A stretch of 25,039 bases of DNA from Chthonomonadales bacterium (GCA_038217285.1 JBBQPO010000056.1:1-25039); one strand, 5' to 3'. Numbered from the stretch's first letter, positions 10,806-19,541 are shown. The notes: generated from the letters alone by a model not told the origin. A program made the numbers and translations.

Positions 10806-12307
10806 GGTCGCTCCTCCTTCTCTTTCTGCATTCTTGCCAGAACCGAGTCGAGGAACCGGAGCTGCCTCTTCACCTGTTCAGCCTCTGACTCGATGTGGCG
10901 CTTGCCGCCGATTTCGGGGGGCTTAGCCCGAAACTCGGCCTTCAGCGCCTTGTAACCATCCAGCCAGGAAAGGAGATCTTCTCCTCTTGTTCCCACTCTG
11001 GCCTTCCTCCACTGCAGCGCTGTTTTCGCGGTAAGATCATTGCAGAAACGCTCGATGCACGAGAGCTTCGGACTGTCCAGGAGTGTCTCATGCAGAATGA
11101 CTTCTCGCAGTCTGGCAATCTGGCTGCTATTCAACTCTTTGCGCTGCGTTCTCGTATCCGTCAACATCCTCAATACTTTCCTCGCCTGTTGCGCTTCGTT
11201 GACCCTGCGAGAGATCAAGGTTGCTACCTCGATCTCGTCCGGATCCGAAAGTGCGATGTCGGCAGCATCGCGTTTGCCATCATCCCTGGTAAGACTCCAG
11301 TGTGACGGAGGAGAAAATACCGCTAAGCGTCCAAAACCCTCTGACCGGCGCTCTCCGATCCCGTTGATTTCGAGAGCATCAATTTCGGACTCACTCAGCG
11401 ACCTGGCAGGCAGCACGAGAACGGTGCCTTGCTTGTAGGCCAGGGCCTGTGGAAGCGGAAGGCCCCAGGTTCTATTGAATGCTCCTACCGGTGTTGTTTC
11501 GATAAAGGCGTTCTCAACGCTGATTCCGTTCTTGATTGCCTGGATCAGGGTGTCCGGGGAGACCGCAAACTGACCGAGTTCATCTCTTACCAGTGCATCA
11601 CTCAATAGAAGCACGATTTGACACATGTCATGATCTTCTTCTAAGCAAAAGGGGTGTTCTTTCCAACCTTGTTCTTCTGTCCCCGACAACGTGACATTGA
11701 CTTTGCCATAACCTGCGCGCGCGGCACCGCCCAGTCTGTCGATCTCTGTCACAAGAGCACAGATCAGGTTTGCCTCCTCGGTCCTCTCGCAAAGCGCTAC
11801 AGCCTCGAACACTTGGGATGCTGCGAGCGCATCGTATCTATATACGGTGCCGCTGTCCGGCCTGGCGGTCCCGAGCCGACGGTCTCTTGTCGTATGGATC
11901 GCAAGTTGCCGCTTTATCTCTGCAGCAATCCCCTTTCCGCTCTCATCGACGGAGGCAAAGCTAGCGCCAGGGGTTTTCCATTGCAGGTCTGAACGCAGTT
12001 GCTCAACACTTCCGTCATAGATCTCATCGTCGATTGAGAGGGTATCTTTTTGTTGCCGAAGCGAAAGTGGCAGTGGCAGCGCACGGCTATCGTCCGCGAC
12101 AATATATCCGTTCAGAAAGCGCACTTGCTCCGAAAGGAAAGAACCTAAATCGGCACACGGGTCATGTCGCAACAGGGTTGAGATGAAGGCACCGCGCAGT
12201 GCACTTCCAGGAAGGTACTCGATCGAGACCGCGCTGTTTGGATCCCCATCCAATCCCGTCAGCAATGCAGGTTCCTGTAGTTCAAGCCTATACCTGATGA
12301 CAATCAT
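10802..12307 (-). CDS. csx10: Csx10-like Cas5 RAMP with C-terminal helical small-subunit (Cas11-like) domain
   Basis: YLPGSALRGA, LGGAARAGYG, LLSDALV, GAFNRTWGLP and GIGERRSEGFG motifs; helical C-terminus with LNSSQIARLRE (the Cas11 call is an inference). Confidence 0.8.
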   Translation of the reverse strand: MIVIRYRLELQEPALLTGLDGDPNSAVSIEYLPGSALRGAFISTLLRHDPCADLGSFLSEQVRFLNGYIVADDSRALPLPLSLRQQKDTLSIDDEIYDGSVEQLRSDLQWKTPGASFASVDESGKGIAAEIKRQLAIHTTRDRRLGTARPDSGTVYRYDALAASQVFEAVALCERTEEANLICALVTEIDRLGGAARAGYGKVNVTLSGTEEQGWKEHPFCLEEDHDMCQIVLLLSDALVRDELGQFAVSPDTLIQAIKNGISVENAFIETTPVGAFNRTWGLPLPQALAYKQGTVLVLPARSLSESEIDALEINGIGERRSEGFGRLAVFSPPSHWSLTRDDGKRDAADIALSDPDEIEVATLISRRVNEAQQARKVLRMLTDTRTQRKELNSSQIARLREVILHETLLDSPKLSCIERFCNDLTAKTALQWRKARVGTRGEDLLSWLDGYKALKAEFRAKPPEIGGKRHIESEAEQVKRQLRFLDSVLARMQKEKEERP

Positions 12308-12960
12308 ATCGCCCCCTCCGGAAAAAGCAACGTAGGCTTGATCACCGCGCCTGAACCCATAAGCTCCGTTGCAAGTTTGCCTCGCCCGCGGTTTCTGCCG
12401 AGCCCGCCACGCCTCAAGCAGAGCGCACAGGCCGCCAGAAGTTGCTCGTCCATCCCCTTAGGCTCCTCGGAAAGTTTCAGTTCAGCGGTGAAGGTGAGGC
12501 TGCGTAAGACTGCCCGCTCCGTACGGAGGGAGTTCTTCACCGGCACGCCGTCTTGACCAATGGCTGTCTGACGGCGAACAGTGGTCAGGGACTCCAGAAA
12601 TTCAGCCGGGCTGATCTTGTTTCCTGTTACTTGGGCGATCACCGCCTGCTGTAAATTTCCAGGCAGGGTCGCCTGCCCGACAAACAGTAGGCCCGCGTCC
12701 TCGGTTCTGCTGCCCGGAACGCCGAAGAGCCGTTTCGCCGAGAGACGTGCTGCGTCGAGGTGAGCAGAATGGGACTCTCGGAGGCCATACAGCAGGTTGG
12801 CGCACTCTTCTACCAGTAGTCCTCGCAATGTACGCCCGCGCACAGATGGCAAGCCCGAGTGCGTGTCATACTCGACTTCGGTATCAATGAGGCCGGCTAC
12901 CCCTTCTCCCGATCCAAAAGTAGTGTCGCTTAGCAGCGTTATTTTGAGTTGATAGATCAT
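12304..12960 (-). CDS. cas7: Stand-alone Cas7-family RAMP (Csm3-like)
   Basis: LKITLLSD..FGSG.G.AGLID, GLP.VRGRTLRGLL, LFG.PG, RRQTAI and GGLGRNRGRG motifs. Confidence 0.88.
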   Translation of the reverse strand: MIYQLKITLLSDTTFGSGEGVAGLIDTEVEYDTHSGLPSVRGRTLRGLLVEECANLLYGLRESHSAHLDAARLSAKRLFGVPGSRTEDAGLLFVGQATLPGNLQQAVIAQVTGNKISPAEFLESLTTVRRQTAIGQDGVPVKNSLRTERAVLRSLTFTAELKLSEEPKGMDEQLLAACALCLRRGGLGRNRGRGKLATELMGSGAVIKPTLLFPEGAI

Positions 12961-14519
12961 GGCAGTGGCACCTGGATAAAAATATCGGCCAGTTCAATGG
13001 CGTCAAACAGAGTACATTGGGCTTTGTCCCAACCATCCTGAGGATTATCAGGCGCAAGTTCCTTCTTCAGTTGGTAGAGGATTCTGAATTTCGCTACGGC
13101 CTCGGCACCGCCGCGTAACTCTTCCCGCAGAGCCTTCATCTTATTGCGCTTTTCCGACCAATCGACATCCATCTGAAAATGGCGCGTCGTCGCCTCAACT
13201 TCCTTCCAGGAGCGATAACGTTGGGTTGAGGGTACCAGGGAGACCGGACGTTGATGCAGGCTGCCTGCCGATACTGTATATTCCGTATCTCGAATCTCTT
13301 TGATGGCGGATGACAGACCGGAGAGACCAAAATGCCAATCGAGGCAGGAACCTAAAGGTCGATCTGTCTTTTTGCGGAACTCTTTGGCGCTTTTACAGAG
13401 TTCCCCCGCCATAGCATACGCGCGGGCAAAGGGATGGTGCGATTTTACGATAGCTATTCCTGCGCAGGCTGTCAATTGATCTCCAATCAGGGCTTTTCGT
13501 TCCGGTTGGTTCGTCTCCTCTTCAAAGTACTTGAGATAGAGAGTTGCCAGAGAAATCCCGACTCTGCCATCACACACAAACGTTATGTCGTCTCCGCCAT
13601 AGACCAAGGGACGGAGAGGAAGGTACTCTCTGTGCTGAGCGCCATGACCCTCCCTGACAAGCTTTATTTGAAGACGTTCAGAGTAGTAGATTCCTGCGCA
13701 ACCCCCTTCCGGAGTAGTTACAGCATCTACTAAATCAGAGATCGTCCGCTTCATTGCCGCAATCCCCGCGTCGTTCACTGCATCTGAGAATTTCTTGAGA
13801 GCGTCGAGATAAGCGTCGTTCTGGTCTGGCTTTGGGTAGTGGTCTGCGATCTTTTGAAGCTGTTTGCCCATAGCGTTTCCGTCGGCGTGAACAATAGCAA
13901 TATAGCTCTGTTCCTCGATTGTCCGTCCGAGTTTGTCCAGGTCCTTGGGAAACGAGTACTCGCGAGCCACAAACTTGTCTTTAAGATCGTCGTCGGCATT
14001 GTCCGCAGCGTTTTCCTTCGCCAACACTTCTGCAGAAGCCTCGATAAGACGCTTGCTTCCTGGCTCCGGGCGAAATCCGACGGCAGCCAGACCAGTAGAC
14101 CGACACGCGCGGGTGATACCATATCCCAGAGCCGGACTGGTTCTTACTCGGGTGCGCTTCATGCCGTCGATCCGTTTCTGTATGGCAGGGAAGACGGTCT
14201 TTGCCATGCTGTCTGCGGCGAAATCGAATGGCTCGTGTGCCACAATCAGGTTTAGACCAGGAGCTTCCAATATCGCCTTCCGGGTCAACTCCCGTTCAAA
14301 TGCATCGGCCTCGGGTTGCGTATCAAAACATACCGCGAAGTTGCCGCCGCCTGCGTAGAGAGTTCTGGCCTTCCCATGGGATGCCGTCACCGCCGCCGTT
14401 TCCGCCCAGGGTCCTGTAGCGCACTTCACCAGATACGACGCTCCAATGTTTTCGCGCAGTCGGTTCGATCCGAATATGTAGGACTGAACCCCTGATGTGT
14501 CAACAAATGTGAGTATCAT
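12957..14519 (-). CDS. cas10: Type III-D Cas10 (Palm cyclase/polymerase, no HD domain)
   Basis: Begins MILTFVDTSGVQSYIFGSNRLRENIGAS; YAGGGN, IVHADGNAMG and LVYGGDDITFV (GGDD), AGIAIVKSHHPF motifs. Start ATG 14519 overlaps the upstream stop (ATGA); the track extension to 14681 lies inside the upstream gene. Confidence 0.93.
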   Translation of the reverse strand: MILTFVDTSGVQSYIFGSNRLRENIGASYLVKCATGPWAETAAVTASHGKARTLYAGGGNFAVCFDTQPEADAFERELTRKAILEAPGLNLIVAHEPFDFAADSMAKTVFPAIQKRIDGMKRTRVRTSPALGYGITRACRSTGLAAVGFRPEPGSKRLIEASAEVLAKENAADNADDDLKDKFVAREYSFPKDLDKLGRTIEEQSYIAIVHADGNAMGKQLQKIADHYPKPDQNDAYLDALKKFSDAVNDAGIAAMKRTISDLVDAVTTPEGGCAGIYYSERLQIKLVREGHGAQHREYLPLRPLVYGGDDITFVCDGRVGISLATLYLKYFEEETNQPERKALIGDQLTACAGIAIVKSHHPFARAYAMAGELCKSAKEFRKKTDRPLGSCLDWHFGLSGLSSAIKEIRDTEYTVSAGSLHQRPVSLVPSTQRYRSWKEVEATTRHFQMDVDWSEKRNKMKALREELRGGAEAVAKFRILYQLKKELAPDNPQDGWDKAQCTLFDAIELADIFIQVPLP

Positions 14520-15907
14520 GCGGTCTTTCCCTCCTCTTCCACAGTCTTGATCCAGTTCTTGATGTGGTCGTGCAAACCCAGCAGGTGGTCGATCCCAAAA
14601 ACCCGAATCTTCGACTTCTCGCTTAGAATGTTGCTTGCTTCCTTTTCGAGGTTCAGACAATCTGCCCTTCTGAGGAGACACACGAAGGCAACTCGTGCCT
14701 CATCGCCGCCAATCTGACGGGCCCGCATGATTGCTTCGAAGAGTTTCCACTTCGCGCGTCCCTCACCCTCATTGATTTCCCGTTCGATAGCACATGAGAA
14801 ACCGAAGAGTTGGTAGCCTCTGATTCCGAGTACATCCAGTTCAAATTTTATATCTTTGAAATTCGGGTAGGTAGGTTCGATGTTAATGCACATGTCGTGC
14901 ATTCCGAATCCGCCGTTTTTGTTCGCCTGCTTCAAACAGTGCAGAGTGTAGTGTTCCAGCCATTTTCCGCAGATCCATTCATAAAAGGTATTGATGAAAC
15001 CGACGGAGCCCACCGGCTTGCTTGCAACAAGATCCAAGTGGTTTACATTGAACGGAAGTTCGGTTCTCAGCACGTCGCGGAGGTCTACAGACAGGCCAGA
15101 AAGATCAACCGGTTGATAGGCAGCAAGATTCGCCTCCAGTTCCGATAAATACCGGGGATCATCGGACCTTAATCCTGGTTTTGCCGCTTTAAGGTGGTCT
15201 GCTATCCCTTTACTATTTTTTTCACTTTTGAATCTTTGACCGGCATATCGTCCGTCTTTAAAGTCTAGCCAGGCATGGAGTTGTGGCCCGCCAGCCTTGC
15301 TGATTCTCGCAAGTTCGACAGCGGTTTTGGGTAAGAATACCGTCTCTTGAGGCCGGCCGTTCTTGAATTTGCCCCCGTGTAGACCTAGCATTCCGGCCAG
15401 AGAGACCTGATCAGCCTGCATATCGATGTAATCTTCTTCATTGCCGGACGATGGATCTTCCATATCAAAATAGAGCCGCAGATTACGCGCACTCAGGTAG
15501 CTGAGGAGCGGCTTCCCCTTGTTGGGTGCCCAATTGGAGACAACACGATGTGCGTGAACGGCCATCGCTTTCGTCCCGGTGGTGTAGTGAAGTCCAGCAC
15601 GTTTCCCAGGGTGCAGGGCAAGCGCATTTGAAACTACCGTGCAGATACTCGACTGTCGCGATTCATCCATCAGTTCCTGGAACACTCCCACACGAACCCC
15701 TTGTCCAGCCAGTTTTTGCTCCAGGTACGGTAGAAGATAGTCAGCGCCTATCTCTTTCGTGCCTTCCGTGCATAACATTGTCACCACGCCGCCAGCCTTG
15801 ACAAGGCGTGACGCAGTGACGGCATTTGGTAGAGTATTGCCTCCAATCAGCAGAAGTAGATGCTCCGCTTTGTAATGTTCCAGGTCGTTGATGTCGATTT
15901 CGGGCAC
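14516..15907 (-). CDS. CARF + PD-(D/E)xK-type nuclease effector, Can2/Card1 (DUF1887)-like
   Basis: CARF motifs HLLLLIGGNTLPN and GLHYTTGTKAMAV; nuclease motifs GKWLEHY, FELDVLG...LFGFSC and RARQIGGDEA. Start GTG 15907 with AAGGAGG upstream (track start 16033). Confidence 0.8.
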   Translation of the reverse strand: MPEIDINDLEHYKAEHLLLLIGGNTLPNAVTASRLVKAGGVVTMLCTEGTKEIGADYLLPYLEQKLAGQGVRVGVFQELMDESRQSSICTVVSNALALHPGKRAGLHYTTGTKAMAVHAHRVVSNWAPNKGKPLLSYLSARNLRLYFDMEDPSSGNEEDYIDMQADQVSLAGMLGLHGGKFKNGRPQETVFLPKTAVELARISKAGGPQLHAWLDFKDGRYAGQRFKSEKNSKGIADHLKAAKPGLRSDDPRYLSELEANLAAYQPVDLSGLSVDLRDVLRTELPFNVNHLDLVASKPVGSVGFINTFYEWICGKWLEHYTLHCLKQANKNGGFGMHDMCINIEPTYPNFKDIKFELDVLGIRGYQLFGFSCAIEREINEGEGRAKWKLFEAIMRARQIGGDEARVAFVCLLRRADCLNLEKEASNILSEKSKIRVFGIDHLLGLHDHIKNWIKTVEEEGKTA

Positions 15908-16152
15908 GAGTGCCTCCTTCTTCTCTCTGAATGCCCAGATGTTCAAATGTGTGACGTGGGATGGAACTTTTCCTGAATTGGATTCCGGCGAGAGGAACAG
16001 TATTGCCTGGTAGATTTGCCGGACTATCTGCATTTACCTGCGTGGTAATCCGGAAAAGCGGTCAAATTATCCAAAATATTTAAGGAGGCTGGCATTTTAA
16101 TTGTTTTTGTGAGGGATGAAACTTTTCTGGGCGCGTTGCTGTCAGTGGTTGT

Positions 16153-16433
16153 GCGGATGGGCATACGCTGTTTGCTCATTCGCGGTGCGCACCTCCGTGC
16201 GCTGATTCGAAAGCGGGTTCTCAAAAACCCGCGCCTTTAGAAACGGTCTGTGTCTTCGCTCGATGAGACAGGCCGACCTGTCAGATCTCTCCGCACATGC
16301 GGTGAGGTTTGTAAGCCTCGTGTTTGAGTTAGCTTTACGAAGCACTCAATCGCAGGCTGAACACAACCTGAAACACCGGCCTTACATCGCCCCGCGAATT
16401 CCCTCGCTTTGGGGTGCTGACGGCTCACAGGTT
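16153..16433 (+). ncRNA. Candidate structured non-coding RNA / 5' leader of unknown family
   Basis: Four consecutive hairpins (16153-16183, 16187-16202, 16213-16232, 16244-16275) followed by a multi-branched domain closed by 16278-16284/16417-16423. Several non-Watson-Crick positions read as G-U on the + strand. Folded by eye only. Confidence 0.5.
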
Positions 16434-16469
16434 GCTAACAGGAAGTTCATTCTAAAGGGGAACCGAATC

Positions 16470-17186
16470 ATGCGCCGCAATCTCACTCTCAATCCGCTCG
16501 CCGATCAGATCCGATGCCATCTGCATCTCAACGTCACACCCCGCGTTTCCGGATACTGGAATCGCATGGCGAAGGCGTGTTCACGTCGCCCTGATCGCTA
16601 TCGCTTTTATCACCCAGACTTCGATCAGTTCGATATCCATATGGTGGACGAAGTCATGGAGTATCTCGCTGCCTGCGGCTACGACCCGCTTCTGCCTCTT
16701 GCGAATCATCTCAAGCGGGCGGAACGCCTTCTGTGGAGCTTCTGGAAGAAAAACGTTCATCTGGAGCGTTGGGCCTGCCGGATCACTCCGCTCTCTCTGG
16801 ATCAACAGTTAGAAGAGCACGGCGACACTGCGCTGGAAGGCGCACTCGATCTTCTGGATCGTCCTCTGGCAGACATGGACCGCTACTTCGACTCAAACTG
16901 TGAACAACGCACTTTTATGGCGTTGCGGGAGGAAGGGTGGCCGAAGATAAAAGCAGAAGTGGTCGTGATGAAGGTCTTCGAGGGATATGACTACAAGACG
17001 CTTGCGGAATACCTTCAGATCGTGGAGGCTCAGGCCGTTCTCCCCGCCACTATCCGACAGTGGGTCAGCCGCGATTTCAAACAGGTAGGGCGTAGAATTC
17101 TGCCCAGAGTTCTGGAGTGGGAGCCGCCGCCAGAGGATCTTCGCCCCGACCGCCGTCACAAACCCAGGCGTTCCAGGCATTCTTAA
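16470..17186 (+). CDS. Divergent sigma70-family-like protein (region 4-type HTH)
   Basis: PLSLDQQLEEHGD resembles the sigma 'SLD' linker; KAEVVVMKVFEGYDYKTLAEYL...ATIRQWVSR resembles a sigma region-4 HTH. Start ATG 16470 after AAAGGGG (track start 16263). Region 2 not clearly recognised. Confidence 0.55.
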   Translation: MRRNLTLNPLADQIRCHLHLNVTPRVSGYWNRMAKACSRRPDRYRFYHPDFDQFDIHMVDEVMEYLAACGYDPLLPLANHLKRAERLLWSFWKKNVHLERWACRITPLSLDQQLEEHGDTALEGALDLLDRPLADMDRYFDSNCEQRTFMALREEGWPKIKAEVVVMKVFEGYDYKTLAEYLQIVEAQAVLPATIRQWVSRDFKQVGRRILPRVLEWEPPPEDLRPDRRHKPRRSRHS

Positions 17187-17269
17187 TCAATAGCGGAGAC
17201 AACCAGCCGATGGAAAGGCTCCGAGATCATCCTACGAATCAGACTCGACCGTTTAGAAAGGACATCGTT

Positions 17270-18844
17270 ATGAACACCGAAACCCGCAATGGCAACTATA
17301 GTAACGGCATCACTTCACTTCCTGCTCGTCCGGATTCTGACGATGTCACGGTCGTCGTTGCGCCTTCCGAGGTTCGCTCCAACATGCCTGTTGTTGCACA
17401 GACAGTGGAGGCGCGCAATACCAACAGTCTTCTGACCCGGCTACGCGATAAGTGGGGCAACCGTCTTCCCGAATCGTTCGCCGCCTCTGTACCCTTTCTG
17501 CCCAACAAGCCTCTGGAGGAGTCGCCGCTGGCCTCTACTTTTGCCGTCATTGCAGCGGAGCGGCCTGGGCAGGCAGGCCGTTTGGCTGCGCTCTATGAGC
17601 GCCTTATGCAGGCGCTGGACCGCCTGATCGCCGTTCGCGCCGAGGAAGAGGCCCAGATAGAAGCCTGCAATGGGCGCGTGATGAGTCGAAAGGCCGCCAT
17701 CTCCGGCGAACAGGCCCGCCTCGAAGCGGCGCGCGACGCGGTGCAGCCCGAAGTCCGAAGCGACCTGAAGGACATCGAACCCGTGCTGGCTGCCGCGCAT
17801 GAGGAGGCGACGCATAAAGTCGCGGCAACGGGCGGAACCTACGATCCCGATATGCCTTCCGATGCGTGCGTGCTGCGCCATGCCCACAAACCCCAGGAGG
17901 TCGCCGCCGCTCATCTGCGCCTGCCCTGGATACCGGGAGATGCCGTGTATGCCTGGGTGCATCGGCTGAGCTGGGCGCTGACCCTTTTGGTCGGCGCATG
18001 GATCGGCCTCTCCATCGGCTTCGTCACGGGTATCGTACATCCGGGCAGTCTCGACCGTGAATGGCCCCAGGCCGTGCTGCTGTTCGTGCTGGGGCAGGTC
18101 GTCTCGGTGCCGGCCTACCTGGGAATCTTCCATACCTTCCGCATCGCCACCCAGCGCTACTATTTGGACCATAAGCCCCTGAGTTGGGCGCCCTTCGCCG
18201 CTCTGGGTGTCGCGGCTTCTCTCGCCATCGTCTGCCTTTGCGCCAACACCGACCGCCTGGGTCTGGTCCATTTGATCCAACTCAACGATGCCACCGCTGC
18301 GCTGGACGGTCAGCAGCATACGTCCGCCAACGATATGGGCTACTGGCTTGTCGCCCTGCTCGTCTCCGTTCCCTTTGCCATCGCCACCGCTGCCGAGGCT
18401 TATCTCAGCGGCCGCAGAACGGCCGTCCCCAACCGGATCGAGGCAGAGCGACACGACCACTTCCAGCAGACCGACACCGCCAGACGCGCCGAACCGGTCG
18501 TGCAGGAGGCGCTTCGTGTTATCGCCTATGTGAACGAGATCCTGCGCCGCCAGTCGGCACTCCGGACCCAACTGGACGCAGGCGAAGCGCCTTTCACCCG
18601 CAAACTCGACGCGCTTACCGCCGAATCCGGAAGCCTGCAAGAGACGCATGCGCTGGACGACGCAGCCCTGCGCCGCATTCAGGACGCCCATGACAACGCC
18701 CAGTGGGCGCAACTCTGGCTAGATTTCGAGATCGAATGGGCGCTGGATGAATGCGAACCCTCCCACAGTTTTTGGCGGCGGCTGAGACGCGCCCTGTTCC
18801 GCCCGCGCGCCCCTCGTCGCTTTTCGCGCTCCAAGCGCCGCTAA
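17270..18844 (+). CDS. Uncharacterised membrane protein: coiled coil, ~4 TM helices, coiled coil
   Basis: Heptad-rich segments flank hydrophobic helices (LSWALTLLVGAWIGLSIGFVTG; AVLLFVLGQVVSVPAYLG; PFAALGVAASLAIVCLCA; YWLVALLVSVPFAIATAA). Start ATG 17270 after AGAAAGGA. Confidence 0.7.
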   Translation: MNTETRNGNYSNGITSLPARPDSDDVTVVVAPSEVRSNMPVVAQTVEARNTNSLLTRLRDKWGNRLPESFAASVPFLPNKPLEESPLASTFAVIAAERPGQAGRLAALYERLMQALDRLIAVRAEEEAQIEACNGRVMSRKAAISGEQARLEAARDAVQPEVRSDLKDIEPVLAAAHEEATHKVAATGGTYDPDMPSDACVLRHAHKPQEVAAAHLRLPWIPGDAVYAWVHRLSWALTLLVGAWIGLSIGFVTGIVHPGSLDREWPQAVLLFVLGQVVSVPAYLGIFHTFRIATQRYYLDHKPLSWAPFAALGVAASLAIVCLCANTDRLGLVHLIQLNDATAALDGQQHTSANDMGYWLVALLVSVPFAIATAAEAYLSGRRTAVPNRIEAERHDHFQQTDTARRAEPVVQEALRVIAYVNEILRRQSALRTQLDAGEAPFTRKLDALTAESGSLQETHALDDAALRRIQDAHDNAQWAQLWLDFEIEWALDECEPSHSFWRRLRRALFRPRAPRRFSRSKRR

Positions 18845-18881
18845 AACGAACCTAGATTTTTGAGGAAAGGAAACAACTCCC

Positions 18882-19541
18882 ATGAAAACCAGAACTCTTA
18901 CCACTCGAACCCGCCGCATACTCGCACCGTTGTGTTGCCTCTTCTGTCTGGCGCTTCTGGACGGCTGTGGCTCGCGTCAGCGGCTGACTCCAGTGGCGTC
19001 GTTCGTGGGGGTCGATGCTTCCGTCAGTACGCGCCACTGCCAGCCTGCGTATGTCGCCCTGATTTCCGGCTACACCGGTCGCCTGGAGCCCGACTGCGAT
19101 CATCTCACCATCTACCGCGTCGAGAGGCAGACCTTCGAGATATTCGATGACCGCGCCCCTGGCAATCAGGAAGCGATGCAGGCACGCATGGTCGCTCAAC
19201 TGCGCAAACATCCACGCGAGGACGGAACGTATCCTGCGCTCTTCTGGAAAACCGTTGCAGAACGTGCGGAACACGCTTCCGGGAAAGTCCTGGTCACGCT
19301 CTACTCGGATGGAGATAACGACGACCAGACCGAAACCGCCCGTGAGACCATCCGGGCCGCAGCGCGCCGCCTCGCCGCCAATCCCCATGTCGTCGCGGTA
19401 GCCATCTGTGGCGTCAATCCCGACAACCGGGCGGCGCTCCGCAGACTCTTCCAGCCGTGCGGTGATCGTCTCCTGCTCTTCGGCCCGGATCAACTCGATC
19501 AAAACACGCTCCATCGTCTGCACGCACTCGTTCAGCGCTGA
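18882..19541 (+). CDS. Predicted lipoprotein with vWA-like (MIDAS) domain
   Basis: Basic N-terminus, hydrophobic stretch and lipobox-like LLDG|C; MIDAS-like VGVDASVS (DxSxS), DGT and LYSDG motifs. Confidence 0.7.
   Translation: MKTRTLTTRTRRILAPLCCLFCLALLDGCGSRQRLTPVASFVGVDASVSTRHCQPAYVALISGYTGRLEPDCDHLTIYRVERQTFEIFDDRAPGNQEAMQARMVAQLRKHPREDGTYPALFWKTVAERAEHASGKVLVTLYSDGDNDDQTETARETIRAAARRLAANPHVVAVAICGVNPDNRAALRRLFQPCGDRLLLFGPDQLDQNTLHRLHALVQR

Noticed and set aside
14520-14681. N-terminal extension of Cas10 in the ORF track
   Set aside because: Overlaps the upstream CARF nuclease gene; the family-like start MILTFVD with ATGA coupling is at 14519.
16034-16140. Specific sigma70 promoters in the AT-rich divergent region
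   Set aside because: Promoters are likely here, but I could not find a convincing correctly spaced -35/-10 pair, so none is annotated.
16151-16433. GTGCG at 16151 and 16185 as a group II intron 5' end, or the region as a CRISPR mini-array
   Set aside because: No catalytic domain V sequence found and the hairpins share no repeated sequence or regular spacing.
16263-16469. 69-codon N-terminal extension of the sigma-like ORF
   Set aside because: No evident RBS at 16263, a better RBS before 16470, and the segment is heavily base-paired; not fully excluded.
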